Source of the DNA: Stegostoma tigrinum
Taxonomy: Eukaryota
NCBI RefSeq assembly: GCF_030684315.1
Contig: NC_081370.1
Location: 37,962,728-38,026,727, forward strand
Direction: 5' to 3'
DNA length: 64,000 nucleotides
Each line of letters starts with the position of its first letter. Position 1 is the stretch's first letter. A program made the position numbers and the translations under genes. The notes under the pieces were generated by a model. It had not been told where the DNA came from. It ran no database searches and saw only the letters and a program-made list of their open reading frames with translations. This document shows positions 52,184-64,000 of this stretch, piece by piece.

Positions 52184-53173
52184 CTGACCCCCACTAACAA
52201 AGACATTTTTCCATCCCCACCTTTATCTGCTTTCTGGAGGGACCACTCTCTCTGTGACTCCCTTGTCCGCTCCACGCTCCCCACCAGCCCCACTACCTTC
52301 GGCACTTTTCCCTGCAACCACAGGAAGTGCTACACCTGCCCCTACACCGCCCCCCCACATCCCCATCCCAGGCCCCAAGAAGACCTTCCACATCAAACAG
52401 ATATTCAACTACACATCTGCTGATGTGGTATACTGTATCCGCTGTTCCTGATGTGGGCTCCTCTACATCAGGGAAACCAAGTGGAGGCTTGGGGACCACT
52501 TTGTGAAACACCTGTGCTCAGTTCGCAACAAACGACTGCATCTCCCAGTCACAAACCATTTCAACTCTCCCTCCCATTCCTTGGACAACATGTCCATCTT
52601 GGGCCTCCTCCAGTGCCACAACAATGCCGCCCAAAGGTTGCAGGAACAGCACCTCATATTTTGCTTGGGAATCCTGCAGCTCAATGGTATCAATGCGAAC
52701 TTTGCAAGCTTCAAAATCTCCCCTCCCCTGACTGGACCCCAAAATCAGCCCAGCTCATCCCCGTCTCCCTAACCTGTTCTTCCTCCCACCTATCCACTCC
52801 TCCCACCTTAAGTCACATCCCCATCTCCTACCTACCAGCCTCATCCCGCCTCCTTGACCTGTCCATCCTCCCTGGACTGACCAATCCCCTCCTTAACTCC
52901 CCACCTACACTCACCTTTACTGGCTCCATCCCCGCCTCTTTGATCTGTCTGTCTCCTCTCCACCTATCTTCTCCTTTATCCATCTTCTATATGCCTCCCT
53001 CTCTCTCCCTATTTATTTCAGAATCGCCTTCCCATCCCTGATTTCTGAAGAAGGGTCCAGACCCGAAACGTCATCTTTCCTGCTTCGCTGATGCTGCTTG
53101 GCCTGCCGTGTTCATCCAGTTCCTCACCTTATTACCTCAGATTCTCCAGCATCGGCAGTTCCCACTATCTTGA
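52184..53173 (+). mobile_element. Older PLE 3' fragment (linker, GIY-YIG, hammerhead end) next to a CR1 relic
   Basis: Frameshifted homology to the 733-aa ORF. TSD AGTAAAAATT at 52174-83 and 53174-83. Confidence 0.9.
53041..53076 (+). ncRNA. Minimal hammerhead ribozyme motif (variant)
   Basis: CUGAAGA-A-GGGU(CCAG)ACCC-GAAAC-GUC. A U-A pair replaces the U-G pair in stem II. Confidence 0.65.
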
Positions 53174-53302
53174 AGTAAAAATTAAATCTGTCCTTCAGAG
53201 CTTTTTCCAAACGTTTCCCTACCATGTGATGATGTGGTGGAACTACTTTGGCAGTTGCTTAGTAGGAAGTTCCAGGCTGCAATGCTAAAATGACACTGAT
53301 AT

Positions 53303-53304
53303 AA

Positions 53305-53335
<31 letters not shown>
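53303..53335. repeat. (TA)n microsatellite
   Basis: Read directly from the sequence. Confidence 0.9.
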
Positions 53336-53342
<7 letters not shown>

Positions 53343-54734
53343 GGACTAGGCTGTGATTTGAAGGCTATGGTGGCCTCCATCTTGCTGACATTTGAAATAT
53401 GTGAATCCCTTGCAGCACATCATTCGATGCAAACTCCTGCCCTTTTTTTCCTGCACCCTTGCTTTCATCTTCAATTACCTTTGATTTTTCATCACTTACC
53501 CTCTTAGTCAGTACAGACCAAAGTCTAGTTGATGGTTGTGTCAAAAAAAAGTCCTCACAATATCTCTGGTTATTTCACCAATCATAAATCTATGCTGTCT
53601 TGTTATCAGGCCTTTAACCATTGAGGAGAAAATAGAATGCTGGATTTCACAGAATGCTGCCTCTTAGAATCGAATAGAAATTTATTGTCACATGTACTTT
53701 TACATGAGAAATACAATTAAAATGTTTTATGTCATCCCACCACAGACCTGCAATGACAGAAGTCATACATAAGAATAATTTTAACAAAGTAAAATTAAGT
53801 CAAAGTTCCATCACTGTTCGGTTAATGGCTCCTGGGCTCAGGAAAGGCCAATTATGGAATGATGACATACCCTGAAGATGCAGCAGGGAAGACACTGCCA
53901 CGCCAGGGTTCTGGAATACTGGGCCAGAAGCCTCCACCAAAGAAGATCACCATGCTAAGTTGAGGCTGCTTGCCAGGCCGCTGGAATACCGGGACGCGGA
54001 AGATGAAGAAGACCTCTACATGGGGAAGAGACATTTGTGCTGGGACAAGACTGCCACACCAGGCTAAGACTGCCTTTCTTCTCCTTCAGGCACCTGCGTC
54101 TAGCTGCAGACCTGGGGCCTCGGCCTAGTCTGCGTGCCCTTGGAGATTCAACCATGCACCTGTTCCTCACTCACTGGGTGTTCTTGGGTTGGGATGGAGC
54201 CACGTATAGCTCGTCGCGGCATTGCTGCCGGATGCCTCCTCCTTCATCTGCCAGTCTCTAGACTTAAAAGAAATTGAAGAAAATTTTAAAAAAAGAAGAG
54301 TAACAGTAAAAAAGAATAAAAGAAGAAAGAATGTAACTGGAATGGATGAGCCCTGTGCTTAGACCCCCTACTCCACCGCTGTCTTAAAGCATATCTTCTA
54401 ACATAACAGTAATATAGAAAGCATGCAAATATCATAAGGAAATCAGAAGTTGAATTTGGATTTCATCATTTGTAGCAATGGTTGTTGGGGCAACTGAAGC
54501 TTTAAAGACTGTAGGTTGGTAGCTTCTCATTCGGTAAGACCCTAAAAAAATTAAGCAAAAGCCGCAAATAAAGTTGATGTGCTGATTTTCCCTAATCTAT
54601 TTGGCACAGTCTCAGGCAGCGTACTGTATTCAACTGTTGAAAACAAAAAGTTTAATCAAACATCTCTAGCTCTTTTACCAATCATCTGAAATCAGTGTCC
54701 TCTCGTTCTTAACCCTTCCACCAATTATAAAAAG

Positions 54735-55150
54735 GCACGCATGTACAACATTTTTCACGGCCATCACCGTACAGCTCAAGGCTAATGAAGTACTTTTGAA
54801 ATGTAGTCACTGTTATAATGTAGGGAATACAACAGTTAAGATGCCTACAACAAACTCCCAGAAATAGTAATGATAGTGAACAGTAATTGTATTTATAACA
54901 TTGATTACAGAATTAATATTGACTTGAGCATCAGGGATAACTTTCCTCTTCTTCACCATAATGCTAGATATTAAGCAAAAATGAGTAGGCATAAGAGTAG
55001 TAAAAGAAAGTTGGTCCCTACCGCAGTACAACGCTTCCTCAGTACTGCACTGCAGTGTCAGCTTTGATGTCTGCATTCAAGGCCTGGAGTGGGTCTTGCA
55101 CAAAGAGACTCAGAACACAGAGGCAGGAGTGTTACCTGCTGAGCCACACA
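54735..55150 (-). mobile_element. Ancient DeuSINE/SacSINE-like relic (related relics at about 3080-3390, 15830-16160 and 19530-19850)
   Basis: Shared CCTCAGTACTGCACTG...GTGTCAGC...GGAGTGGG...TTG...CTGAGCCA motif with a reversed tRNA-like head. Confidence 0.5.
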
Positions 55151-55623
55151 GACACATTGGGAGATTTCTCTGTATCTAGTCCCTTCCTGATTTTAAGCAA
55201 TCCTTCTCTCAAATCTCTTCGCAAACTTCTCTAAGAACAGCAGAAGGTTTGAAAATCTGTACGCATAACTGAAGTCCTGCTTCATCGGAACTATTATCGT
55301 AAATCTTTTCTGCATCATCTCCAAAATTTTCATAGTATCCTGTCTGCTTTACTTTGTTGCTTTTGTGAGCTACTCTGTTATTTACAATGATTTATGCACA
55401 ATTAGGTGTCTCTATACGAACACTCTCTTTAGAGTTGTATCATTTATTGTACACTGTTTCGCTTCATTCTTTCTGTCAAAGTGTACCACATTTCCCTGCA
55501 TTAAATTTAATCTGTCACACGTCCACTCATTTTCACTGTCTAAGTTAACTTGAAGGCTTTCACCACCTGAATACTTCCACGTTTTTTACAATTTGCAATT
55601 GTGACCTCCATATCTAATCAAGG

Positions 55624-58600
55624 TGTTGCGAAGTTGAATAGAGTACTTATGGATTAGGAGGCAGGAGGTCAGAATTTGGTGTTTGTAAAATGCTAGGGGG
55701 GAAAGCAGTGTGTGGTCTCTTTAAAAGAATGATGTGCTTTTCCCATGTTTAGAAATTTAAGAAGGACGTCTGTGAGCAGCTTGAAAGTTTGAAAGTGCAC
55801 AGAGAGTACCCAAATTCAAATATTTGTATCACCATGTGGCTCGGTGGCTCAGTGGTTAGGACTGCTGCCTCACAGTGCCAGGGACCCAGGTTCAGTTCCA
55901 GCCTTTCAATTCCTATGTGGAGTTTGCACATTCTCCCCATGTCTGCGTGGGTTTCTTCCGGGTGCTCTGGTTTCCTCCTACAGTCTAAAATGTGCAGGTT
56001 ACGTGGATTGGCCACGCTAAAATTGCCTGTAGTGTTCAGGGATGTGTACCTTAGGTGGGTTAAAGGCAGAGGGGTCCGGGTGGAATGCTGCAAGGATCGG
56101 TATAGACTTGTTGGGCCAAAGGACCTGTTTCCACACTGTAGGAATTCTATGAGAAGGCTATACAGTTAGCAGGCCAAGCAGCAATTCTGTTTTGTTACCA
56201 AGACAAGAAGTTTTGAATTTGGCCAAGCAATTTGATCCAGGCATTTGGATACCAAAAATCAGTTAAATTAAACCCGATGGTTTTAACAATATAGGACTAA
56301 TCTTATTGCAAGAAACTGATGTGTCATCAAAAGTATAAAAGAAGATGGCAATTGGACAAAGGCAGAAAAGCGAACTGCCATCTGTCAGAGTTAACAACTC
56401 TCAGCTCTCCAGACAGAATCGCAGGCTGTCACAATCTTTTCTAAGGTTTAGACATAGCACCACATAAATCAATGATACCTACAGCACAACTAACTAATGT
56501 TCTTGCCAGAAAAATCGACAGAACATTCTCGAAGACACAAAACCTGGCTGTAATTTCAAGAGGCTAAATTCTAATTTTTATTTTTGTTTTATAAAAGTGG
56601 GATTTCTATTTATTGGAACAGCACACCATTAGAATCTTGTTTTATTTGGGAATGGTTAGTTAGAAGGGGGTTATTCAGTTTGTTAATAGTGTAGTTAATT
56701 TGTTCAATGTTAGAGTTAGATGAATAACTTGTTACTTGTTGATTATAAAGTGAGTGTCAATGGTTTATTTTATTTAACCACCAGACATTGCTGAAAGGCA
56801 GATTACACCACTTTTCACACTCCTTTTAAACAGATAAGAGGGCGAGGTGCTCCTCTTTGGGTGTTTCAGTTTTAATTCTCAGAGCAGCGTCAACCTCTGC
56901 TTTATGACAGATTGGGGCTCATGTCTGGGATCTGAATGGATTTGAACATATCTGAACAGATTGAACAAATGTGAATGTATTTGGAATGAATCTGAACAGA
57001 TGTGGAAAAACTGAAAGATTTCAGAAGATTTAAACAGACTTGGGAATTAGTATCTTAGACCTTTAAATAAAACTTAAGTGAGATGTGGGAACTCAGTTTA
57101 ATTTAGGTTGCTTGTTATTGGTTGAAACAAACGTGGGGAAATGGCTCTTAACATTGCTTAAGTGGTTTTGGGGGTCGAAGATGCCTCCTAAATTTGCCAA
57201 GAAGGTTTTGAAATACAGAAAACAGGGACACTTCTAGAATTAGCAGAAAGGCTAGAATTGGGTTTAACTAGGGATAAGAAGAAAGCAGAAATTGTAATGG
57301 AGTTAGCCAAGCATTTAGGTATATCAGAGAAACAGTCAAGTGCAGTGGGGTTAGAAAAAATTAAACTGCAAATTAGAGAATTGGAGTTAGAAGATAAAGA
57401 AAGGGAAAGAAAATTCCTAGCTGAGAAAGAAGAAAAGAAAAGAAGGTCCGAGTTTGAGAAGGTGAAGTTGGAACTTAGGAGAAAAATAAACTTCAAATGA
57501 CAGAAGTAAAAGTATAAGACAGAAGTGATGATGAACAAGCTCATCATAACTAACAGTCCGGTGGGGATACATACAAATATGGCAAAACATTACCAAAATC
57601 TGATGAAATAGATGAAGAAGCCTTTTTCATTTCCTTCGAGAAATCAGCTAAACAGATGCACTAGAGGCAATGTGGATAATGTTCATTCAGAACAAGTTGG
57701 GAGGCAGGGCTAGTGAGGTGTTTGCAGCCCTGTCAGAGGAGGTGTAAAGAGAATATGAAGGAATAAAACAGGCTGTTTTACTACGAATTGGTAACAGAAG
57801 CATATAGATAACCATTCAGAAATGTAGGAAAGGAATCAGATCAGACATATATCAAGTTTGGATGAATTAAACAGAGCAACTTCGACAGATGGATGAGAGC
57901 ATTAAAGATAGAAATGACTTATGAGGATCTTAGAGATGTTATTCTGTTTGAGGAGTTTAAAAACCCACTTCCAGAAGTGAGAAGAACTCATGTTGAAGAA
58001 AGGAAAATTGAAACAGTGAGAAGTGCTGTAGAGACGGTGGATGAAAACGCCATCAGTACTTAAATAGAAATCTAGCTTCCGACAGCAATTTTATTCCATG
58101 AGGGATACAAATTGGGAAAGAGGGAGATCCTTCAATGAAAAACAAAAAGTAGACCGCAGTGGGTACAGTTGAATGTGTGAAATGTGTGAAGATAGAAACC
58201 CAAGAGGGTGGGAAAGAGGTGAAAGGCCTCAGGTGTTTCCACTGTAATAAAGTGCTGGTGGTTTAAGGAAGGCACTGGGAAAAGTTGTTTTCACTGCACT
58301 AAGGTGGGACCCACAAAGTCACAGTGCTGGTGGTTTAAGAAAGGCACTGGGAAAAAGACATGGCAAAAGAGGCTACGCCAGCGGGATTAGCTGAGGTAAT
58401 GAAGGAAATCCCAAAGAATTTGAGGAGTTGCAGCAGACTACACAGCCAAGTTACAGACTGGATAGTAAGATGGCACCCTATCTTTTCAAAGACTTCAGCT
58501 GCGTGGGTAAGGATTACTGAAATAGAACAAGGGGATTAGATAAAGAAGTTTACATATTAAGAGATATGGGGGCTGGTCAGCCTATAATAGTAAGAGTTGA

Positions 58601-59075
58601 AAATATTTGCACTCCTTCTGAAATATTGCCTGAGAGAGTAATAATGTAGAATAAACTGAGAGAATTAGTTTTCCCCTGGGTAAGATAGGGCTAGAAAGTC
58701 CAATCAAGACTGGGAAAGTGATAGTAGGAGTGATGCAAAAATTGTTTATTGTGGGATACAATTTGTTCTTGGAAACAATGTAGCTGGATCACAGGTGGCC
58801 TGTTATAGTGGACAAGCCAAAAGAAAACCAGGGAACTGAGGAGTTAAAAGATAAATACCTTGGAACTTTCCTGGACTGTGTGGTAGTAAGATTCCACAGC
58901 CATAAGTTACAACAAGGAGGGAAAATAGAAGAGAAAGATAAAGGAGTTGGGGTCCAGTTAGTTTACGCTCTGTTAGATGAAATGATAAAGGAAAAACCTA
59001 AACAGGTAGAGGATCATGCAGAGGTGTTTAGCTTTGAAAGATTAATGGAGGTACAACAAAAAGATGAGGCAATAA
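55624..59075 (+). mobile_element. Decayed Gypsy (Gmr1-like, SCAN-related gag) element: 5' LTR, PBS, gag and protease remnant; no RT or integrase seen
   Basis: LTR TGTTG...ATGACA at 55624-56909. PBS-like TTGGGGCTCATGTCTGGGAT (tRNA-Pro type). ELVTEAYR*PFRN...FDRW...LRDVILFEEFKN capsid/SCAN segment, CFHC zinc knuckle, and ILRDMGAG protease motif, all with stops. Confidence 0.85.
55836..56150 (+). mobile_element. HE1/V-SINE-like SINE inserted in the Gypsy LTR
   Basis: Same head, V-domain and tail (CTGTTTCCACACTGTAGGAATTCTATG) as the 24210 copy. Confidence 0.88.
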
Positions 59076-59239
59076 ACTTGCACAACTGTTTGCACAGCAA
59101 CAGCTGTTTAGACACATTGGCATCGACACACACGTTATTTGCTAGTTGATTTCTTCTGGCTGTTGCTTCATTTCTACAAGTATGGAGTATTTTTGAAAAT
59201 TGTGTAACATTTCCAAATTATAAGAAGTGATGTGACAAG

Positions 59240-59502
59240 AAAGGTGAAAGGGGAAAGATTTAAAATGGACCTGAGTGGCAACCTTTTTAAACAGAGGGTG
59301 GTGCATGTATGGAATAAGCTGTCAGAGGAAGTGGTAGAGGTGGGTCCAATTACAACATTTAAAAGATATTTGTACAAGTACATGAACAGGAACGGTTTAG
59401 AGGGATATGAGGCAAAAGGTACTAGTTCAGTTTAGGATACCTGGTCAGCATGGATGAGTTAGAATGAAGGGTCTGTGTCTGTGTTGTATGACTGTGACTC
59501 TA
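59240..59502 (+). mobile_element. CR1 LINE 3' tail
   Basis: KVKGERFK...FKQRVVHVWNKL, with tail GAAGGGTCTGTGTCTGTGTTGTATGACT. Confidence 0.8.
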
Positions 59503-59599
59503 AGTACTCTAGGACATTTTGCTGACTTCAATGCTTTTATACAAACCATTGGTTTCCAGATAAGATGCACTAGACATTCTCCTTAGAATACAGCAATCT

Positions 59600-61165
59600 A
59601 CCTACACCTCATTCAATCCAAGCTGCCATACTTGCTGCTCACAATGTGTCTTCAACACTGGGGAGACAAAACAAAGATTTGGTGACTGCCTTGAGGAACA
59701 ACTCTGTTCTGTGCATAAAAATGACCCCAAACTTCCAGTTACCCGCCACTTCAACACACCACTTTGTTCCCATACCAAGATTTCAGTCTCAGTTGTAGTA
59801 CTCCAGCAAAGCTCAATGCAAGCCATAAGAATAACATTTCATCTTCCACCTAGGTACCATAACATATAGTTCAACTTTGAGTTTAACAACTTCAGAGTGT
59901 CCATGTTCACAACCTACCCCCACGGCTCCAGATTCTGTCCACTCAGCACAGCCAGTACACTTTCAACTATTCACACTTCCCATTGTTATAATGCAGAGGT
60001 TGAACCTATCCCTGAGAACTAAAACCAAAACACCTAAAGGGGAACAACTTCTAGTGGTTAAACAAAATAAACCCAAACTCACTTTTACAAACAACAAGTA
60101 ACAATATATTTATCTAAGTCTAACAGTGAACAAATTAACTAAATTATTAACAAAGTGAATAAATCCCTTCTAACTACTAACTATTCATGAATAAAACAAA
60201 GTTCTAATGCTATGCTATTCCAATAAATACAAGTCTCCCACTTATACAACAGAAAAATAAAAATTAGAATTACTGCCAGGTTATGGGTCTTCAGGAATGT
60301 TCTGTGCCTTCTTTGTCAAATGTTCTGTCAGGTATATTAACTAATTGTGTCGTAGGTATCTTTGTCTTAGATAGGGCATTCTCTAAAACTTAAAGAAGAC
60401 TGCGAGAGCCAGCAATTCTCTTTTGAGAGCTGAAAGCTGCTAACTCTGACAGATGGCAGTTTGCTCTCCTGTCTTTGCCCAACTGCCCTTTCTTTTATAA
60501 TCTTGATGACATGCCGATATTTGTGACAAAGGATTGGTCCTGTGGTGTCAAAAGCATTAAATTTAAATTTAATTGGAGTTTTGGTATCAAAGTGCCTGGT
60601 TCAAATTGATTGGCTAAATTCAAAACGTGTTGTTTTGATAAAACAAAACTGCTGCTTGGGCTGCAAACTGTACTGCCTTTTGATACAAATATGTTTCCAT
60701 TCAGGTCCTCTCTGTGCACCTACAAACCCACAAGCTACTGCCCAGTTATCATTTTTGAATCTCTAAGCATAGAAAAAGCATATCATCCTTTAAAGGGACC
60801 CTGCAAGTTTTTTTTCTCCCCCCGCCCTAGCATTTTACCAACACCAAATTCTAATTTTCTGCCTCCCAATCCACAAGTTCTCGACCCAAAAATCACAACA
60901 CCATTAGCACACACCCTGTATTTCTCTTTCTCTCCTGGCTTATCATCAGCCATCCCTTTGCTTCTATATTTTACTCCTCTCGGGCTCTGTGCACCGTCTC
61001 AATTTTTTCAACTCACTCAATCAACCTATGATCAGCATAACATCACGAGTTCCCTCCTGCTTTCACTTATGATGAAGGGTCTTTGGATTCAAAACGTGAA
61101 CTCTGTTTTTCTCTTCATAGATTCTGCCAGACATACCGAGTTTCCCCAGCACACGCTGTTTTAAT
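59600..61165 (+). mobile_element. Decayed PLE 3' remnant (second family) interrupted by a solo LTR
   Basis: GIY-YIG remnant (GETKQRFGDCLEEQLCSV...HFN) at about 59650-59870. Degenerate hammerhead terminus at about 61068-61165. Confidence 0.65.
59984..60900 (-). mobile_element. Solo LTR related to the 55624-56909 LTR, in inverted orientation
   Basis: TGTT...AACA ends, 4-bp TSD CCAT at 59980-83 and 60901-04, and reverse-complement similarity to both ends of the 55624-56909 LTR. Confidence 0.88.
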
Positions 61166-61242
61166 TACAGGTGTCAATCGGGTCACCTCTCAGTTTTGCA
61201 GCATGGGATAAATTTCTGGACTGATCCCAGAGCCTAAAGATT

Positions 61243-61334
61243 GGGGGTCACCTGACGTGAAACGTTAACTCTTATTTTTTTTCACAGATGCTGCCAGGCC
61301 TGCTGAGCTTTTCCAGCACCTTCTGTTGTTGTTT
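61243..61334 (+). mobile_element. 92-bp solo PLE terminus (family B)
   Basis: TSD CCTAAAGATT at 61233-42 and 61335-44. Starts within hammerhead stem II (GGGGTCACCTGACGTGAAACGTTA). Confidence 0.8.
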
Positions 61335-61649
61335 CCTAAAGATTATTCAATTGTAGCAGTTTTAAGATTTTGGTTTGGATGTAGAATTAGAGCAAAGCAC
61401 AACACAGGCAATCAGTCTATTGAATCTATGCCTGTTCTTTCCGAGAGTTCAGTCCACTACATTTTGTTTGATTATTGACAATTTACCTAATTGCCTTTTG
61501 CTAATGAACCTGTGCTCAGCGTCCCATCACCGAATTCTATAACCTGACTGGGATGTTATTGTTTTCTGAATAGTAGAACAGGCACCAGCCCTTACTTCCC
61601 CTATGGACCCACTCTGACCTTTGCTGCCTCCAATCCACCTCTCCAGCTG

Positions 61650-62420
61650 GAGTTCCTTCATTTGTTTTATCCATCACTAACAACGCCCTTCTGCAGCCCG
61701 TTGCTATGGCGACCACCGCCGCCGCCCGTTCCCGAGCCGGGATGGAAAGGAAGCCCCGATTGGTCGACCCAGGACAAACGAGCCGTCTATGCGAGCTGTA
61801 CTCCAATTGGTTTAACTTCCGGCTTGTTGATTGGTTTATTGTCCGTTTTTCTAACAGCATCGCCAATCACCGCGTTGTAACGGTTCTGATTGGCCCGCGT
61901 CCGACGGCGACCGGGTGTCGACTGGTTCGCCCGAATAGGGCGGGGACAGAATTCCACTTCTCCGAAGGTGCGGCTGGCGGTTCGGTGATCCGATTGGTCA
62001 ATATGGCAGCCACGCGTGATGATGGACAGGAAGGGGCGGGATACCAATGGATTCAGGTCAGTGGTTACGTCAGTGGCTGGAAGTAGGTCAGTGGAACCTG
62101 GGTTGCGATATCAGAGCGGTGGGTGTTTGGTGGCTGTACTGTTGTTGCAGCGACGTTTAGAAGCTGGTGACAAGATAGCACACCCGCAGAGGGGAACGCC
62201 TTCCAGCATCCCGTCTATTGCAAGGTGAGTGACCCACTGCCGCAGCTGAAGCTGCAGATATTTCTTGGGCTTGGGCTTGAATACTGTCTCTACATCTGCA
62301 GGTTTATCCAGTTTGCACTCACCTGGAACTAGAGCCAATGGATCCCCCCCTCGTCTCACTTCATTTCCCCCCCCCCCCCCAAATCACCGCACACGTACCT
62401 CCGACAATGTATTTGCACCT
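61650..62420. promoter_or_regulatory. CpG-island promoter with a CCAAT cluster, GC boxes, ETS, CRE-like site and RFX X-box
   Basis: CCAAT/ATTGG at 61759, 61803, 61830, 61863, 61889, 61993 and 62044. GGGCGGG at about 61938 and 62034. GTTGCTATGGCGAC at 61700-61713. TTACGTCA at about 62065. Confidence 0.8.
62085..62224 (+). other. Probable first (5' UTR) exon of an unidentified plus-strand gene; start approximate
   Basis: Consensus donor AAG|GTGAGT at 62224/62225, just downstream of the promoter motif cluster. Confidence 0.55.
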
Positions 62421-63159
62421 TTGCAGACATTGCTTTCAGTTCGAAAAAGGCAAAAGAAAACAAATCGGAGCACATTCGTGCTTTTTCCCTTCCTGTCTTA
62501 ACCAATAAGCCATTTTCTCTCTTTTTAACAGTAAACAACTTTCAACTTGCACCGCATCATTCAGAAGCTACTTTGTGCAATCATGCAATTTGCAGTGGTG
62601 CAAATGCCCTCTTTTTCTGCCGATTGTGATTTTTGTTCCGTTCTGTGGTCTGAAACGGTGTGAATGTGCGTGTGTGTCTGACTTAGCAGTCATCGGTGCT
62701 GGGTTTGCCGACCAAAATCTCTTACTCCCATCAATACTTACATATTGCATCCTTCCTGCTCACTTCGCCTTCGCCATGCTGGCCTTCTGCTGAATAGGCC
62801 TAAAATCAGGAATTCCTTCCTTAAAACCTTAAAAGTGCTGCCTGCCTCAGCACTTCTCAAGGCATTTCTGAAAACTTGGATTTTCTGATAGGTGACCAAA
62901 TGACCTATCTTAATTACTGACATAATTTTCATTTAATACTACTGCTGTGGTGTGCCTTGAAACTTTTTACTCTGTTAAAGATTTTGCATGCGTGCACATT
63001 GTTGCAGATCAAAGGGACTTTTTGGATTGGTGTGACAAGAATAAAATGTATGTGCCAAAATCAAAAATAATCAAGTGATGTTGAAAAGTGACTCCATCAG
63101 TTTTTAAAAAAATGTGGAAAAGTTTGCATTTGGGATATAGACTTTTTTTAAACTTTATT

Positions 63160-63542
63160 TCTTTCAAGGGACATGGGTATCCCTGGCAAGGCCTGCTGCC
63201 CACGATTGACTCGCCTTGAACTGAGTGGCTTGTTAGGCTATTTCAGAGGGCAGTTAAGAATCAACCACGTCTTTGTAAGTCCGAATCACACGTAGGCTAT
63301 GTCAGCTAAACAGAGCAGATTTTCTACCCTGGGTAAAAGTTCATTTAAGAGCCTTTTTTTTTGTTTTTGAAAATTGGTGAAAGTTGGTACTGTTTATTAT
63401 TATTGACACCACTTTTATACGGCAGGTTTATAAACTGAATTCAAATTCTATCAGTTGCAATTGAGGCATTTGAACTTGTGTTCCTTGGAACATTAACTGG
63501 AACCTTTGGATTACCAGTCTAGTGACATTGCTGTTATGCCCT
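63160..63542 (-). mobile_element. SINE, same family as 30380-30735 (older)
   Basis: Degenerate similarity to 17135-17480. Confidence 0.55.
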
Positions 63543-64000
63543 TTTGTGATCTGTAGTGTGCTGTGCCTTGTGTTAGAATTGCTTTTCCAACCATGTTTTT
63601 CTGATTTTTTTCAACTTGAAAAATGTTAATAGCTATAAATAGCTCTGGAAAATGGCAAATGCCTTATTTTACATGTTTGATCTTCATAAGGTTAATATCA
63701 TGTTTTGTATGCTTCCACATCCCAACCCCCCTTGCCTGTAAACATTTGAATAGCATTTCATTTACTACATTGTAAACTTCAGCTGCTTTGACCTAATAAC
63801 CTGGAATATGTCCTCTAAACATGTTCAGTTTCATGCCACTTCTCTTTTAAAATGCTGTAAAGCCTGTATTTGATGAGGATTTTGGTCCCATGTCATTGAT
63901 AACTCACTGCGTGGTTTTGTATGAAGCACTTTATAATGTCCTACCATTGTTATTAAGTATGTTTCTTGTATTTGGGGCTGGTATTCTAAGACTGTGTTGT

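Noticed and set aside
59984-60900. 3' LTR of the Gypsy element at 55624
   Set aside because: It is in the opposite orientation, diverged, and has its own TSD, so it is an independent solo LTR.
62003-62056. Coding first exon MAATRDDGQEGAGYQWIQ with a GTCAGT donor
   Set aside because: It overlaps CCAAT, GC-box and YY1-like promoter motifs and I do not recognise the peptide. It cannot be excluded without transcripts.

Overview
This is repeat-rich vertebrate genomic DNA, inferred to be shark from HE1/V-SINE-like SINEs and the CR1 and Penelope families present. (1) The minus strand carries a TBC-domain (Rab-GAP) gene. I reconstructed nine phase-consistent coding exons from ATG 50179 to 4277 (about 352 codons); the 3' end probably lies beyond the left edge. 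It has a GC-AG first intron and a CpG-island promoter with CCAAT boxes and a CDE/CHR-like element. (2) A second CpG island at about 61650-62420 is CCAAT-rich, contains an RFX X-box, and holds a probable plus-strand first exon. (3) Penelope-like retroelements (PLEs) are abundant: one young 5'-truncated copy with open RT and GIY-YIG frames, several fragments, and many 90-240 bp mini and fold-back inserts made only of the hammerhead-bearing terminus, most with 10-16 bp target-site duplications (TSDs). (4) There is also a decayed SCAN/gag Gypsy element with a tRNA-Pro-like PBS, solo LTRs, and CR1, Rex1 and SINE relics. Most short ORFs in the supplied track are spurious or transposon-derived. Relic boundaries are approximate and family names come from recognition, not database searches.
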